Source: Hypanus sabinus (Eukaryota). From it: a stretch of 64,000 bases of DNA. The translations under genes were made by a program, and so were the position numbers. Below are positions 13,501-27,146 of the stretch, piece after piece. Below the pieces are notes generated by a model. It ran no database searches, had not been told where the DNA came from, and saw nothing but the letters and a program-made list of their open reading frames with translations. Numbering within the stretch: the first letter of the stretch is position 1; the number at the start of each line of letters is the position of its first letter. The stretch covers positions 95,790,001 through 95,854,000 of the forward strand of contig NC_082714.1 in the NCBI RefSeq assembly GCF_030144855.1. The letters run 5' to 3'.

Positions 13501-13757
13501 TTAGACGGGGACAGGCCATGCAGTTATCTAACTGAGGTTCCACAAGTGAACATGAGGTGGCAGTACAGCGCAGCCAAGGACCTTGCTGGGACCTGACCTG
13601 GTAAACAGATTTACAGCAAAAATGAAAGGAAATCTTGCGCAGATACAAGAGCAGTTCAAATGGTTCCTGAAGATCCAAACACGCGTGCAGTAGAGGGAAC
13701 TCAGCCCCTTGCGCTTTTCAATAAGGACCAAGGACTATTTGATTAATCAAACGACAT

Positions 13758-15525
13758 CCACGCTTGAAGCCTTGCCTTCTACCTCGTCTGCGTCCACGCC
13801 TGTATCGCCGTCAAGTTTAGCCGCTGGAGTGAGAACGGAGTCTTGCCACGCCAACGGAAGGAACTATCTATCATTGAGCTTGGAACTGTCTCTTTGTGGC
13901 CCCGAGTTTAGTCTCCGTATATGAGTCCCGGCCCTACGTCGTGTTCCCAAGGAGAGGACCCAGCTCTGTGTTCAGTGTTCCCGTGCTCAAGACCAAGGCT
14001 CCGAGGTGGTTTCTAGTTCGTGTCCATGTCATAAGGTGGGCGTTGAGAACGGACCCAAATGCAACACACGGATACTGAAGTACTAGGGTCAGGACTAGCT
14101 ATATCAAGAAAGCAAGCAAAAGCGAGGAGAGGCGTAACTGAATACGGACGTTACCCCTGGACGAGAGCAGTAGTCAGGGCCTAGGCTACGACTTGGACTT
14201 GGACACGGAATGGAACCTCCTCCGAGCCTTGGACTTGAGCACAGGAGCACTGAACATTGGACTGGAGCACAGGAACACAGAACACAGAGCCAGAGCCCCT
14301 CATTGGAAATAGGACGCAGGGCCGGGGCTTTACGCAGAGTTAGGAGTCTTCCTTGGGGAAAAGACATAGGGCCGGGACTCATACACAGACACTAAACACA
14401 GGGACACAAAGAGACAGCTCCAAGTTCAACGATAGTTCGTTCCTTCAGTTGGCGTGGCAAGGCTCCTTTCTCACTCCAGCGGCAGAACTTGACGGTGATA
14501 CTGGCGAGGACGCAGGGGAGGTTGCTGGCAAGGTTTCAGGCCTGGGTAGCAGGCAGGGTTATAGTCGTAGGTTGCAGGTAGTTCTTCAGGCGAAGGCTGC
14601 AGGCAGGGCTTCAGGCCAAGCTTCAGAGGGGAGCAGTACAGCGTCAGAGTAACGGCAAAGACAGCCTGACTTACCCAACGGAGGAAAGGACAGGAAGGGA
14701 CAGATCCCACCTTAGGGTAACGGCATGAACTGCCTGACTTACCCCACAGAGGCGAGGACAGGATACCGATGAGACGAACAAATAGCCAGACTCCAAACCA
14801 GGGCCACTTATATTCCAGTCCCAATATGAGAATCAGGTGCCTATGATTAAGCCCAACTGAAACAACGGACCCGGAGTCCAGAGTCTAAGGACCGTCCGTG
14901 AACCGGTACGTGTCCTAGGCTCCGAGGAAGTTCCAGTCCGTGTCCAAGTCTCGGAGGAGGTTTCCAGTCCGTGTCCAAGGCTCCGAGGAATTTTCAGATC
15001 AAATCGTATCCTAGGCCCTGAATCCTAGTCTCGTCCAGGGAAAGTGTCCGTGTTCCAGCTACGCCTCTCTCAACTTCTGCTTTGCTCTCCCTCGACCTAG
15101 GCTCTGCTTTCCTGCTCTCCTTCGACCAAGACCAAGTCTGAGCTTCGTGTCCTTGTACAGCCCTGTAGTCCTGCGTCCTGTCCCCACGGCCAGTCCTGTT
15201 GCCTTGCCACGTCCAGTCCTCGCCTGGATCCGAGTCCAAGTCCGAGTCAAGATCCAGGTTCCGGGTCCCTGTCCTGTCCTTTTCTCGGTGTCCTTGTCCA
15301 GCTTCCGAGTTTGTAGTTCCCTGTTCCTAATTCTTTGTCCAGATACCTCTTTCCTAGTCTTGTCCTGGCCCAGGCCCTTTATCCTAGTCGTATTCAGTGC
15401 ATGCATCTTGACCAACGTTGTTTCTCCACCACTTCCCTTGTTTTCTGACACACCTGGTCCTTTCCCTAGTACTTCAGTGTCTGTGTCTTGCATTTGGGTG
15501 TGTTCCCACGCTCCACCTTATGACA
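13758..15525. mobile_element. LTR-like element, opposite orientation to 9120-10063, truncated at left, interrupted by a nested copy
   Basis: Ends ..CCACCTTATGACA (15525), the reverse complement of the TGTCATAAGGTGG terminus; about 30-bp internal tandem units at 14910-14995. Confidence 0.7.
14027..14908. mobile_element. Nested LTR-like copy, same orientation as 9120-10063
   Basis: Starts TGTCATAAGGTGGGCG (14027), follows the 9120 element to ..CCGTGAACC, lacks the terminal ATGACA. Confidence 0.72.
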
Positions 15526-18500
15526 TTATGTAGTTAAACCATTTTTGCCAGTATGAATCAAATTGCTCCATCTTATGATTAACAGATGTTGTTATCTTCT
15601 GCATTTTGTAAATGTCCATTATAATTTCTATCCATGCATTTAAGGTTGGCCTGTGATAACCATTTCCTTGTAAGAGTCTTTTTACCAGCCACCAGCAGTA
15701 TATTCATTATATATTTATCTCTTTTCAACCATTCTTGTGATATATACCCAAAACATATGGTCTTACTTTCTATGGGTATTTCACATTTAAAGATGTCTTG
15801 TAGAGCATTGTGTATCCCTCTCCGACAGTCTTTGATAACGGGGCATTTGCAGACAATATGATAATGGTTTGCATTTTGACTTCCACAGTTTCTCCTGCAA
15901 ACAGGAAAGTTGCATTAATAATGGGATTTCAGAGAGGGTGTAATAAAATATCTTATCAAGTTTTTCCATCCGAACTCCCTCCATTTCTGTGAACTGCTAC
16001 ACTTCCATTGATGCCTCCATATTATTGTCCATTTAAGAATTGCAATATTTTCCTCTAGTTTATATTCTTTTGTAATAGTATTCCATATTTTAAGAGTCTT
16101 ATTCACCCATTGGTTATCAATAGCTTTCATGTACCTTTGTAGTTTGTTATCAGCCAAAATTTCCTGTGTGGGGATGTGAAGTATCCCCTCCTCAATACTT
16201 TTCCATAGAGCATCATAAGATGGGTTGCACCAACATATCACAGCTCTCAACTGTGCTGCAAAATAATAATCTCTAAGAGAAGGTAGGCCCCATTCCCCCT
16301 TTTCTTTGTCTAATTGCAAACTTTTGAGACAAACTCTAGGCCTTTTACTTTGCCAAATATATGTTGATAATATTTTGTTCCATTCATTGAATTGATTTTG
16401 ATTAATCTCTATTAGTAGGGGCTGAAAGAGATATAATAGTCTGGGCAGTATTCAATCCTTGAACTGAGACTAAAAAAAGAATTATGTTCCATCTTGTTAA
16501 ATCTTCCTGAGTCCTTTTAAACATAGGCTGATAATTTTGCCAAATCTTTTGGAAGACTCTATTTTCCATGCCCAGGGATATCTACTTTCAATTTCTCTTG
16601 GTGGGCTATAATTATATGAAAGTAACTGGGTTTATCTATGTTGATCTTGTATCCTGATAATTGACCATATTGTTCAAAGGATTGCATCAAGTTAGGTAAA
16701 GAGTATGTTGGTTGCTCTAGATAGAAGAAAATGTCATCCGCGTAACAGGTCAATTTAGGATCTGTGCCTTTAATCGTAACTCCCCTGATATCTTCATTTT
16801 GTCTGATGTATTGAGCTATTGGTTCCAGATGTTATGCGAAGAGTAGCGGTGACCATGCACAACTCAGTCTCGTGCCCCTTTCTAGGGTAAAACTATTTGA
16901 TAAATATCGATTGATTTTAATCCTAGCAGTAAGATTGTCATATAGTACCTGTATAGTTTTAATAATTGTGTCATGGAAACCAAATCTATGTAAAACTCTA
17001 AATAAAATTCCAGTTATCCGAATAAAATGCCTTTTCAGCGTCCACGGTTATCACTATTGCTTCGATTTTATTTTTTTGTATATGATACATAATGTGAAGT
17101 GTCCTTCGTATATTTTGTCTTGTGTTTGGCGTTGTTATATAAAACCTGTCTGATCGTTTGTCCATAATCTACAATCTACAGTAAGAACGGATATTGGTCT
17201 ATATGACCCACATTCCATGTTATCCTTGCGTTCTTTCGGTATAGCTGAGATGATCGCTTCCTTCCAGTTGTGTGGCATTTGTGCCTTTTTAGGAGGCCAG
17301 TTCAGTGTGGGGATTAAGACAGAAATTAACGCATTTTTAAATTCTTTGTACCCATCGGACGTCTACCCATCTAATCCTGGTGACTTGCTTAATTTAAGCC
17401 TACTAACTGCAGCTTTTAATTCAACTTCAGTTATGCGAACAGTCATCGTTCTATTTTGTTGTTTGCTTAAAGTTGGTAACTCTAGAGAATTCAGGAAGGT
17501 GTAAATTTTGGTTATGTTTCACCTGGAACTTTGGAATACAGAGTTTTGTAAAACACTTCAAAAGCTTCTTGAATTTCACTTAGCTTATTTCTTGTTATCA
17601 TTTTTCTTATTCGGACCCCTAATTCTATGAATTGAAGTTTCTGATATCGGTTTGTTTTTTTCAGATTCCACGCCAGTACTTCATAGATTTAGATCCACTT
17701 TCATAATGTCTCTGTTTCAGAAATATTAAACTTTTTCTGATTTCTTGCATAGCCCAGTTAGTAATTTCACTCCTAATTTCAGCTTATTTTGTAATTCCTC
17801 TATTGTTTTATTCCTTTTTTCTTATATGAAGATATAGCTATCATTTTCCTTCTTAAATTAGCCTTCAGAGTATCCCATAGGATGGGAGGCGAAAAGTTTC
17901 CATTATCATTGCATTCTAAGTAAGACTAATTTCTTTTTAAATTTGTTCCTTAAATTAGGGATCATTGATTAGACTTGAATTTAGTTTCCAAATATTATTC
18001 TTTAGTTGTAGGTCAAAATCAACAGAAAAATGTACAGGTGAATGGCCACTTCCAACTACTGTCCAAAATTCCACAGGTCTTTATTTTGTCTATGTATTTT
18101 CCAAATGTTATGAGATTGTTTATTCTTGTGTATACAGTATGGGAGGCAAAATGAGTGTAATCCCTTCTGTTGGGGAAAAGATCCCTCCATATATCAATTA
18201 GACCAACATCCTCAAGAAGTATATTAACTTTCTTATGTAAGGATTTTGTTTCATAGGTTTTTCTATTGAAAGAGTCTAATTTTGGTTGTAATTCTAAATA
18301 TAAGTCTCCCCAACATATCAGTAGACCTTCTGTTTCCGTTACCATAATATTAGTAATCTTCTGAAAGAAACTAATATAACTTACTGGGGTTCGTACATAT
18401 TCAATAGAGTAACTGAATTTCCGTCTATATTCCCTGTTACCGGAACATATCTGCCCTCCGTATCTTTTATTTCGAATACTTTTCGCTTGAGATAGGAATG

Positions 18501-18540
18501 GCAACTCCTCTCCTATGTCCAGGTTTATAAGAGGAGAAAA
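15526..18540 (-). mobile_element. L1-clade LINE ORF2 relic (endonuclease, RT, C-terminal domain)
   Basis: HTVYTRIN (endonuclease), CYADDIFFYL..YGQLSGYKINIDK (RT), LQLDKEKGEWGLPSLRDYYFAAQLR; same family as 60253-61955. Confidence 0.88.
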
Positions 18541-20044
18541 ATATGGTCATTACAAAAAGCTCGTTCTGCATCGAAACAAGCCTGATTCCGTTCCATAAAA
18601 ATGGCAGAGTTTTATCTCGATCATCGTATGAAGATAGTGGCAACATTTTTTAATTGGCGTAGTCGGCTGTGGATGGTATTGGATATATAATATTTAAATT
18701 GGAGGTTGATTGGTTCTTGATTAGTAAGCGTCAATAGTTACGGGGGAAAAGCAGGAGAATGGGGTTGAGAGCGGCAATGATTGTGGTTATTATTGTGGTT
18801 ATTAGATATATTGTGATTTCCCGCTAGAAAATGATTCCAAGGGTTGTATCGTGCCATTTATCCAGTTAAATAATAAATTTACTTTGAATGTTGATGGTAG
18901 ATCAGCCACGATGGAATGGTGGAGCAGACTAAATGACCGAACGGCCAATTACGGCTCCTATATCCTATGGTCTAATACTGTACGGTCTGAGTGGAAGAGT
19001 TACTGTGCTTTCTTCTTTCTCTTATGGTAAATAGTGCAAGTGATTCTGATTAATGAAATTGTACATTTTAGTTAACAGCAAAGGCAGGGTTAAAAAGAAT
19101 GAATCAACTGCACTCCCACATGTTCTCCACTCCATCTCTCCGCCCCTCCCCCCCCCACCGTTTCCACCGAGTTATTCTTTGCTGGCTCATCAGACATATT
19201 AATTTCACATTAGGTGAAGGAAGCAGTGAGGAAGAAAGGTTTGGCCTTTCGGACGGAGGTGAGATTTCAAAAGTTTGGAGTGCCTGCTGCATCTCTACTG
19301 GCCCGAGGTTAGTCTATCTGTGTACGACAAGCAGGTCCGTTTTTTTGTATGAAATCTTACCCTGGCTATGGAGACGGTGTTCTCTGGATGAGAAGGTTGA
19401 ACCGTGAACAGATACTGAGAGGGATGCGCCCAAGTCTTTGCAGTTAAGAAAAATGAGAGGCAAATGCGTTTAAAGTCCGGATACTGAATGAACTAACAGA
19501 GTACATACGATGTGAAACTCTCTGCTTCCCTCCCAGATATCTGCTGATATTTAATCACTAACGAAGTTGCAAACGGGGATCGATAGGTGCTTGGCCACTG
19601 AGAGGTTCTATGGAAATGAGAATAAAGCCAGGAGGTTCTGCAGCGACCCTCAGTCATGAACTGATTGAAAGAGGAGCGGATTCCAGGAGCCACCGCTGGG
19701 TTGTTCACCAGGTTGTTCACATGTGTCCAGGAATGTAATCAGTATATGTAATTTCATAGATTGCTTCTTTCTCCTGAGGTAACTAGTGCAAGTGTTTGTG
19801 ATCAAAGAAACGGTGCAATGGCAGTGTTAAAAAGAATGTACATATAAATTTCATGTCGTCATGTTCCTGTGAAAGATCAGTGTGCAGCGTTTAGTTTCAA
19901 GGAATGAGAGAGACTGCAAGCCCTCAAATCCAATCTGACTGTCCTCCGACAGTTTCCCTGGACACGCAACTCAATCCGTCTGTCCGGTTTACTACTATGA
20001 ATTTATCACAGTTGTGACTGTCAACACCCACTCATCACTCCCTC

Positions 20045-20048
<4 letters not shown>

Positions 20049-20094
<46 letters not shown>

Positions 20095-20110
20095 TCACAC
20101 ACACACACAC
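20049..20110. repeat. (TC)n(CA)n compound microsatellite
   Basis: Direct; the paralogous position in copy B is the N gap at 45395. Confidence 0.97.
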
Positions 20111-20869
20111 TCATTGGCAGTTATTTGTTTTTAAAACGTTTATCAGGTTTAATCATCGTCAGATAATTAATTTGAACTGGGGAAGAAAACGTTGTTTGAA
20201 AATACGAGCATTTTTGAGATTAAACGTAAGTCTGAGATTTTACCACTAATTGCACTACCTCAATGGAAAATACTTTAGTGATTTTAAAACAACCACCCGG
20301 CTGTTTACCTGCCTCGCCGGGACCCAGTGACCGCACCATCTGCACCGTTTAACAAACAAGACAGAAACAGCATCAATTTGTGTAACTGTAGCTAAATAAA
20401 GGCTGTGCAAACACCGCCCGGTCCCCACGGGGATATGACGGAGTTCACATCTGCATCAGTGTCACTCGCAGACACAGACTGACCGACTGTGTGAACCATC
20501 GTCTGCGCTGGGTTAATTGGACTGGGTAGTGTCTCATGGTCAGTTTTGTGGGAACAGGCAAATGTCCGAGTTAATCACGGAATGATTTAAGATCTCAGAT
20601 CATAGCCCCACCCCAGACAGTGTTCTCATCCCCAAACCAGCTTCACTCAGGCAAAGATATAGAAGGGAAAGGGGACAATTTTCGGCAATCCCTCATGCCA
20701 CTTCAAAGAGCCCACATTGGACTCTCAACTGCAACTTCCCTTTTCTGTACCTTCCCAATCTCCTACGATTCTCACTGTGCTGAAAAACAGACTCGTAATT
20801 TTTATTTCAATATCCTTCTGGTCGGAGTATCAGTTAAATAGAGAAACCCAGAAAATAGCTGCCATACGC

Positions 20870-21350
20870 CGTCACCGGTTCTGGTCACCTCACTACAAGA
20901 AGAATGTGTAAACTATAGAAAGTGTGCAGAGAAGGTTTACAAGGATGCTGCCTGGATTGGGGAACATTCCTTATGAGAATAGTTTGAGTGAAATTGGCCT
21001 GATCCTCTTGGAGCGATGGAGGATGAGAGGTGACCTGATAGAGGCGCATAAGAAGATGAAAGGCAGTAATCGTGAGGATAGTCAGAGGCCTTTCCCCAGG
21101 GATGAAACGGCTAACACAAGAGGGCACAGTTTTAAGGTGATTGGAAGTAGGTACAGAAGAAATATCAGGGGAAAGTTTTGTTTTACGCAGAGTGGTGAGT
21201 GTGTAGAATGGGCTGCCAGCGACGGCGGTGGAGGTGAACACAATATGGTGTTTTAAGCGACTCCTGGATAGCTACATGGAGCATGGAAAAATTGAGGGCT
21301 GTGGGTTACCCTAGATAATTTCTAAAGTAAGTACATATTCGGCATAGCAT
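20870..21350 (+). mobile_element. CR1 3' fragment
   Basis: VQRRFTRMLPGL..ERWRMRGDLIEAHK..TRGHSFKV. Confidence 0.85.
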
Positions 21351-23591
21351 TGTGAGCCAAGAGAGCTGTATTGTACTGTAGGTTTTCTATGTTTTTATGT
21401 TATCCAAGACAAATAAAATGTAATTTTTGCCCAAAAGGAGACAACACCCCTGAAATGAGAACTCTATTCCAATCCCAGCCCGCCACCCCCACCAGTGAAG
21501 GTGTCCTCCTGTTTGTCGCCCTTTTTGAAATGACTAAATATGGAGCTCCGTATCTAAGAATGGATTAAAAAATGAAGACCGCTTGTGTGTCTGTTCCCGT
21601 ACTCTCTGGAGTTTAGAAGAATGAGATGAGGGGAGTGTTTCATTGGAATTTATTTATTGAATATTGAAAGGACTATCTAAAGTGGAGGTGGAGTGGATGT
21701 TTCCCATAGTAGCCGAACTATGACACAATCTCACAATACAAGCTTTAGAACTGAGAAGAGGACAAATTGATTTAGTCGAAGGGTAGAGGATCTGTGAACT
21801 TCATTGCCATTGTGACTGCAGAGGTCAGGTCATTGGGATGTTCAAAGCGGAGGTTGATAGGTTCTTATTTCATTAGTGTGTCAAAGGTTACAGGGAGAAG
21901 ACAGGAGAATGGGGTTGAGAAGGATAATGAATAAGCCACGGATGATCTTATGTCTTATGGTCTTATAATCTTGGTCATCTCTCATTTTCAATTGTAAGCT
22001 AAACAGGCCTGAGCTCTCTGTCCTTACTATGGGAGCCAGCTCACAGCCGTGCCCTCAGTGCCATTGAAGGAAACCCCGCATTAGCTTCAGTGCCATGCAG
22101 GTCGACTGGACATATTTGTGTAAGCGTCCCTTTCATGGGACAGACAAAGCGCCTTGACGCTGCTCGCACTGTGATTGACCTGGATGAGTGTTTATCTTTA
22201 GAACATTTTTAAATATCCAGGGAACTGTAAGTGATTATGAGGGGAAATTCTGAAATTTCCAATAGGAATATTACCATGCACGTCACTGTGGCACTGGGCT
22301 GTTTACTTGTAACTGTGGTGCGCCCTACGTGCATATTGAAATATATATATTATGAACTTATTTGTGGTAATAGTTTGTTTTATGTGTTGTGTGTGATGTA
22401 TGTTTTGTGGGTGTGCAGTGATTCGGTAGAACCTAGTTTCATTTGCTTGGGTATATAGCAAGTCAGATGACAAACTTGAAACTGAACTTGAGTTTGAAAT
22501 CAGAACGAACCAACTTACTTCGGCTGTAAATAATCCAATATTGACAACGAACCCCGTAAGGAAGCACTCGATAGGGTTTGTCAGAAACATGGACCGTAAA
22601 AATATGTAAGGAATGAAAGAGGGTTAGATGGTTAATAAACAAAGAGCGTACCGCTTTACATCTCAAACACAATCTCGATTGAATGGGCAATTAAATCTGA
22701 GGATAAAATAATCAAGCTCAGTGGATGCAAAGGCCTTTGGCGAGATAGTGGTGGGTTGTGGGGCTACAGAAAGAGGAACCCCTCGCTCTGGAAAGAATTT
22801 CTGATGCAGACTTGTGAGAATAGAAGGAAATATGGCTCCTCTGCTGTAGAAATGTTGCAGGCCTGGAATGTGGTGATGGGGACATAAATCATTACCAGGA
22901 CCTTCCTCCTCGTGTGAGAGCAACTCAGTTACAGTGAAATCAGACTGACCAATCCAATTATGTTTTAAATATAACCCTCTCATCTCCGATAGTGGTGTCT
23001 ATCAGGATATAATCACCATCGCTCAGCGAGATATAAATAACATAAAATGGGACATGAAGTCTTATCTTCACATTTACCACCGAGGTAAAGCAGAGTATTA
23101 TCGTGGCAATATAGGTAAGAAGTGTGTTGCAAACTAGTTTGTGTATATCAGGAAAATCGCTGACAGATGAGCGCAAGAGAACCAAACGTTAGGTCAGGGA
23201 CTAAATTGCGCCGAAACGTTGGAGGAACGAAGAATCGACAGAAATTCAATGCACCACAACTAAGGACGGCAGATTGGCGCTTGAGTGAGAGCAATCTACG
23301 GGTTGACATGAGAAGGGAGGAGAGGACTCGATAATCGTTGTTTCCCGTGAAAGTCAGGTTTCGCCGTTCGTTATACCGGCAGAGCAAAACGTACTCGGGA
23401 AAAATAGAAATATAGTTTGTTTCTAGAAATATCTGGCACTGAGAAACACCGTCTGCTGACGACGTCCTGAGCAAATTTCCGTAAGCAATGATGCAGTAGA
23501 TTCGTCTCGATCCCGCAGATTTGAAGGTTTACACAGTTAAGCTCACCCTTTTAAAGCGGAAGTGGAGAGTGGACTGTAGAAAGTGGGAGAT

Positions 23592-23595
<4 letters not shown>

Positions 23596-23649
<54 letters not shown>

Positions 23650-23650
23650 G
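23596..23650. repeat. (AG)n microsatellite plus poly-G
   Basis: Direct. Confidence 0.97.
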
Positions 23651-26600
23651 AGAGAGGGAGAGAGAGGGAGACGGGGAGACGGGGATGGCTGGGAGGGAGA
23701 GAGAACATGACAGTTTCCCTCATTGCTAATGGCGAAATCAATATGTTTATCCATACTGCAGAGCTGGCATGGCATCTCGGAGAGTGAAATGCAAATTAAC
23801 AAAAGCTGCTCTAGAATTCTCATTATTAAATTCTATCTCATAGATCTGCATGACTCTTAAAATAGAATACACACAGTAACATGGGTGAACCGGAAGATAC
23901 GGCGTATAAGCAGATGGATTTGCTGGAACTCAATAAATAAATAACCGAAGAAGCAGAATTGTGGTCTTCTTACCGTTATATCTGACGACAAGATCGAGGA
24001 ATAGATCAGGTCAAGCGTCCCATCAAGAGTCCTCCGTCATTTCATCATTAATTTCCTCAATCAAATTCTCCTGCCTTTTCCCTGTAAACTTGAACAATCA
24101 ATGACTTATCGATCTCTGCCTTCAATGCAGCCAGGGATTCGGCTTTCATGTCCCGACATGGCTAAAACATCCTGATATACCCTACCATATGGCTGGTTTA
24201 GGTATATAAATGTTGTAGGCCTCCGTTAGTCTCGATAAGTCTGGGCAAGGTTTATTTTTTATGGTAGACCGGCAATTGCCCAAGCTGCAAGTCTCCCCTC
24301 TCCACGCCACCTACGTTGTCCAAGGGAAGGGCATTAGATGTATATAAATGTATAGATGTCTGTGTGTGAAAGAGCGGCTGAGGTGGGGGAGGTAGAGAGA
24401 GTTGACCTCAATAGGCGGCAATACGGCACATTCACCGGTAATACGCTAATGGAATGCTAACGGGCTAACACGGTACTTGAGACACAGCAATACAATATGC
24501 CTGAACTGGTGCGATTTATGAAGGTAGTAACATGTGTGATAATTCATGTTGAGTCACAAAAACAGTAAAATAGCTGTTAATTTGTGAATGTCCCAATAAG
24601 CAGAATATTTTATTTGAATTTAGCAAAAGGTCTTGCTCCATTTGTATCAAACAATAGAATATAGGAGTGGTTTCTGACCCTTTTCTCCACTCACACCTCT
24701 TCGCCTTCTAAACCTTTACCGTAATCATCGTTGATATCAATTTCACTCTACTCTTCTGCCTTCTTGGTATCCCTCAACCTCTTCATCCACAATAATCTGC
24801 CACCCAGGCCGTGCTCTTTTATCGCTGCTGCCACCGGGCAGGAGGTACAGGAGCCGTAGGTCTCACAGCACCAGGTTCAGACTGAGTTGTTACCCTGGAA
24901 ACATCAGGTTACTGAACCAACGTAGATAACGTCGCCCACCTCAAATCTGAACTGATGGATCTCGAAGTAACATTAAAGGGAAATACTTCCAGTTTCTAAA
25001 TAAATTTACTTTGACGTTAACTTTGATGAGAACTGGTGTGTATGACGAAAAACAGTCACCCTTCACCATGTTCTCTGTATTATTTATTTTCTTACGTGTT
25101 TACGATCACTTTAATATTTCTTGGTGTTCACAGTTTATATGACATGCTTGAATGAGGGAGCAGCGTATAAAGAACTGCTTATAAAGAAATTTAGATACAA
25201 ATGGATTTCGTAGACCGGCCGAGTTAAGACATGCAGCTAAACATAAGATCATCTACTTCTGCAAATACAATAGCATTGTGCATTGCTAATCAATAGTAAG
25301 GGTTCGGATTTGAAAAATCTTGAGACTTAATCTTTTGAGGCTCTACCCTGTTCGAGTTCAACACGGCCTAGTTGTCTAAGTTGTATACACAAGCCTGGGC
25401 AGTATGATATACAGAGCCAGCTGTTCCCCATACAGCAGGCTCCCTCACTCTATGCAGCCTATGCACTTTGGCACGTGGCGTTGCAGGAGTTGCTAGTCAG
25501 CGTTGAACTCAACATAGGACTGTCTGAGGGACTCCAGCTTGAGAGATTTCCTCAGGGTTTACTCCCGAAGTCTTCCCCATGAGTGGGTATTCTCGCAAGG
25601 TAGTGGAAGTCTGAGATCAGAGGTTCCTTCTCGTAGATCAGCTGGCAACCAGAGCTAACGAGTCCTATGTGGCCAAAGCAAATGTGTTAAAGGTGCCAGC
25701 AGGCCGCCTTTGTCTCTTAATAACCAATAGTGAAGCATTGGATTAATAGAATATTAGAATATCCTGTAAGTTGAAACGCTCACGGCGCGCTTAGCAGTTA
25801 ACCATCCCGTGGTCCAGAATCTAAACTTGGTGGTCAGCGGGTATCTCGCACGAACACCATTAGGACCACATCATATGTAGTGGGAGCTCAACCCCACGAC
25901 CCAACACCCACTCCTGCCACCAGATTATGTGAAACCCAAGGCTTGTGTGCTTTTATACGGATCTCTTAAAGTTAATACGTCGATACAATAAAGCAAGCAA
26001 TAGAAGAAAAGCTTGCATTGGAGTGTTCTCATGTGCACTTCAGCGTTAAACAATAGTGCCTGCTTCCTTCTCAGCCCATCAACCCTACTGGAGCAAAGGC
26101 TGCCGACAGAGTCACCACACGACTTCATACGTCTTATCGGCCAATGTCATTGTTCTTCTAGGAATGAGGGTTCTCGAGATTCTGTTGGCATTTCTTAGCT
26201 CTGGGTTTTTACGGGATGGGTTTGCTCGACCCGCCCAAACCTCCTCCTTTTGCAGATGGGTTTGCGACTGTCCATGGCGGATGTCTTGTTGCAAAAATAA
26301 AGGGAGCTGGTATGATCAGAATTGGAATACCGTGCGAGGGTCGGATCTTCCCGGGCAGGATATGTGAAATCACTGACGAAGCGAATAAGTCAATGATTAA
26401 TACTGTTGATTTCCGTAAAAAAGGAAATAAAGTGGACCGGGACTGTGTGCGCTTTTCTTTTTCAGCGGGAGGCCACCTGACTAAAACAACAGGATAGAAA
26501 TGATAGATACACAGCGGTAATAGTTTTCCTGGTTGGGGTTTTTAGAATCGAGTGTCAATGTATCAAAACACAACTTGTGTCAATCCGGAGCAAAATCAGG

Positions 26601-26997
26601 AAGAAGTCTTATTTGTTTGTGAACTTGATGATCAGTCGCTAAATATATTCAAGAAGTGATTTGAGGGATCCTTAGATACGAGAGGAATTGATACATACAG
26701 ATGTAGTTCAGAAATGCGGAAAACAGGAAAATTATTAACTGCAGTGTTATTTAACTGTAGGTGAGGCCTGATAGTCCAGTGACCGAAAGGCCAACTGATG
26801 TCGTTAATCATTTTGTACATACTCACACTACAGGTCCAAAGTGCCAACTATTTTCAGGGTGCTTATCGTAGGGCCAATACATGAGTTGGCCCCACGATCA
26901 CGACTAGGGTTGTCTGGGCAACTGCCCATCACCCATACAACCCTGCCCATGCTTGCGCCTTGAAAAATTTCCAAAGCGCAAATCTTTGGTCTCTCGA

Positions 26998-27146
26998 NNN
27001 NNNNNNNNNNNNNNNNNNNNNNNNNNNNNNNNNNNNNNNNNNNNNNNNNNNNNNNNNNNNNNNNNNNNNNNNNNNNNNNNNNNNNNNNNNNNNNNNNNNN
27101 NNNNNNNNNNNNNNNNNNNNNNNNNNNNNNNNNNNNNNNNNNNNNN
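26998..27146. other. Assembly gap (149 N)
   Basis: Run of N. Confidence 0.99.

Noticed and set aside
22660-23250. Block shared by A and B (47580-47980) considered as a hidden exon
   Set aside because: No reading frame is conserved between the copies and no motif is recognisable.
23789-23796. Perfect octamer ATGCAAAT (also ATTTGCAT at 6292-6299)
   Set aside because: 4.7 kb from the leader, mutated in copy B (ATGTAAAT); expected by chance in 64 kb.
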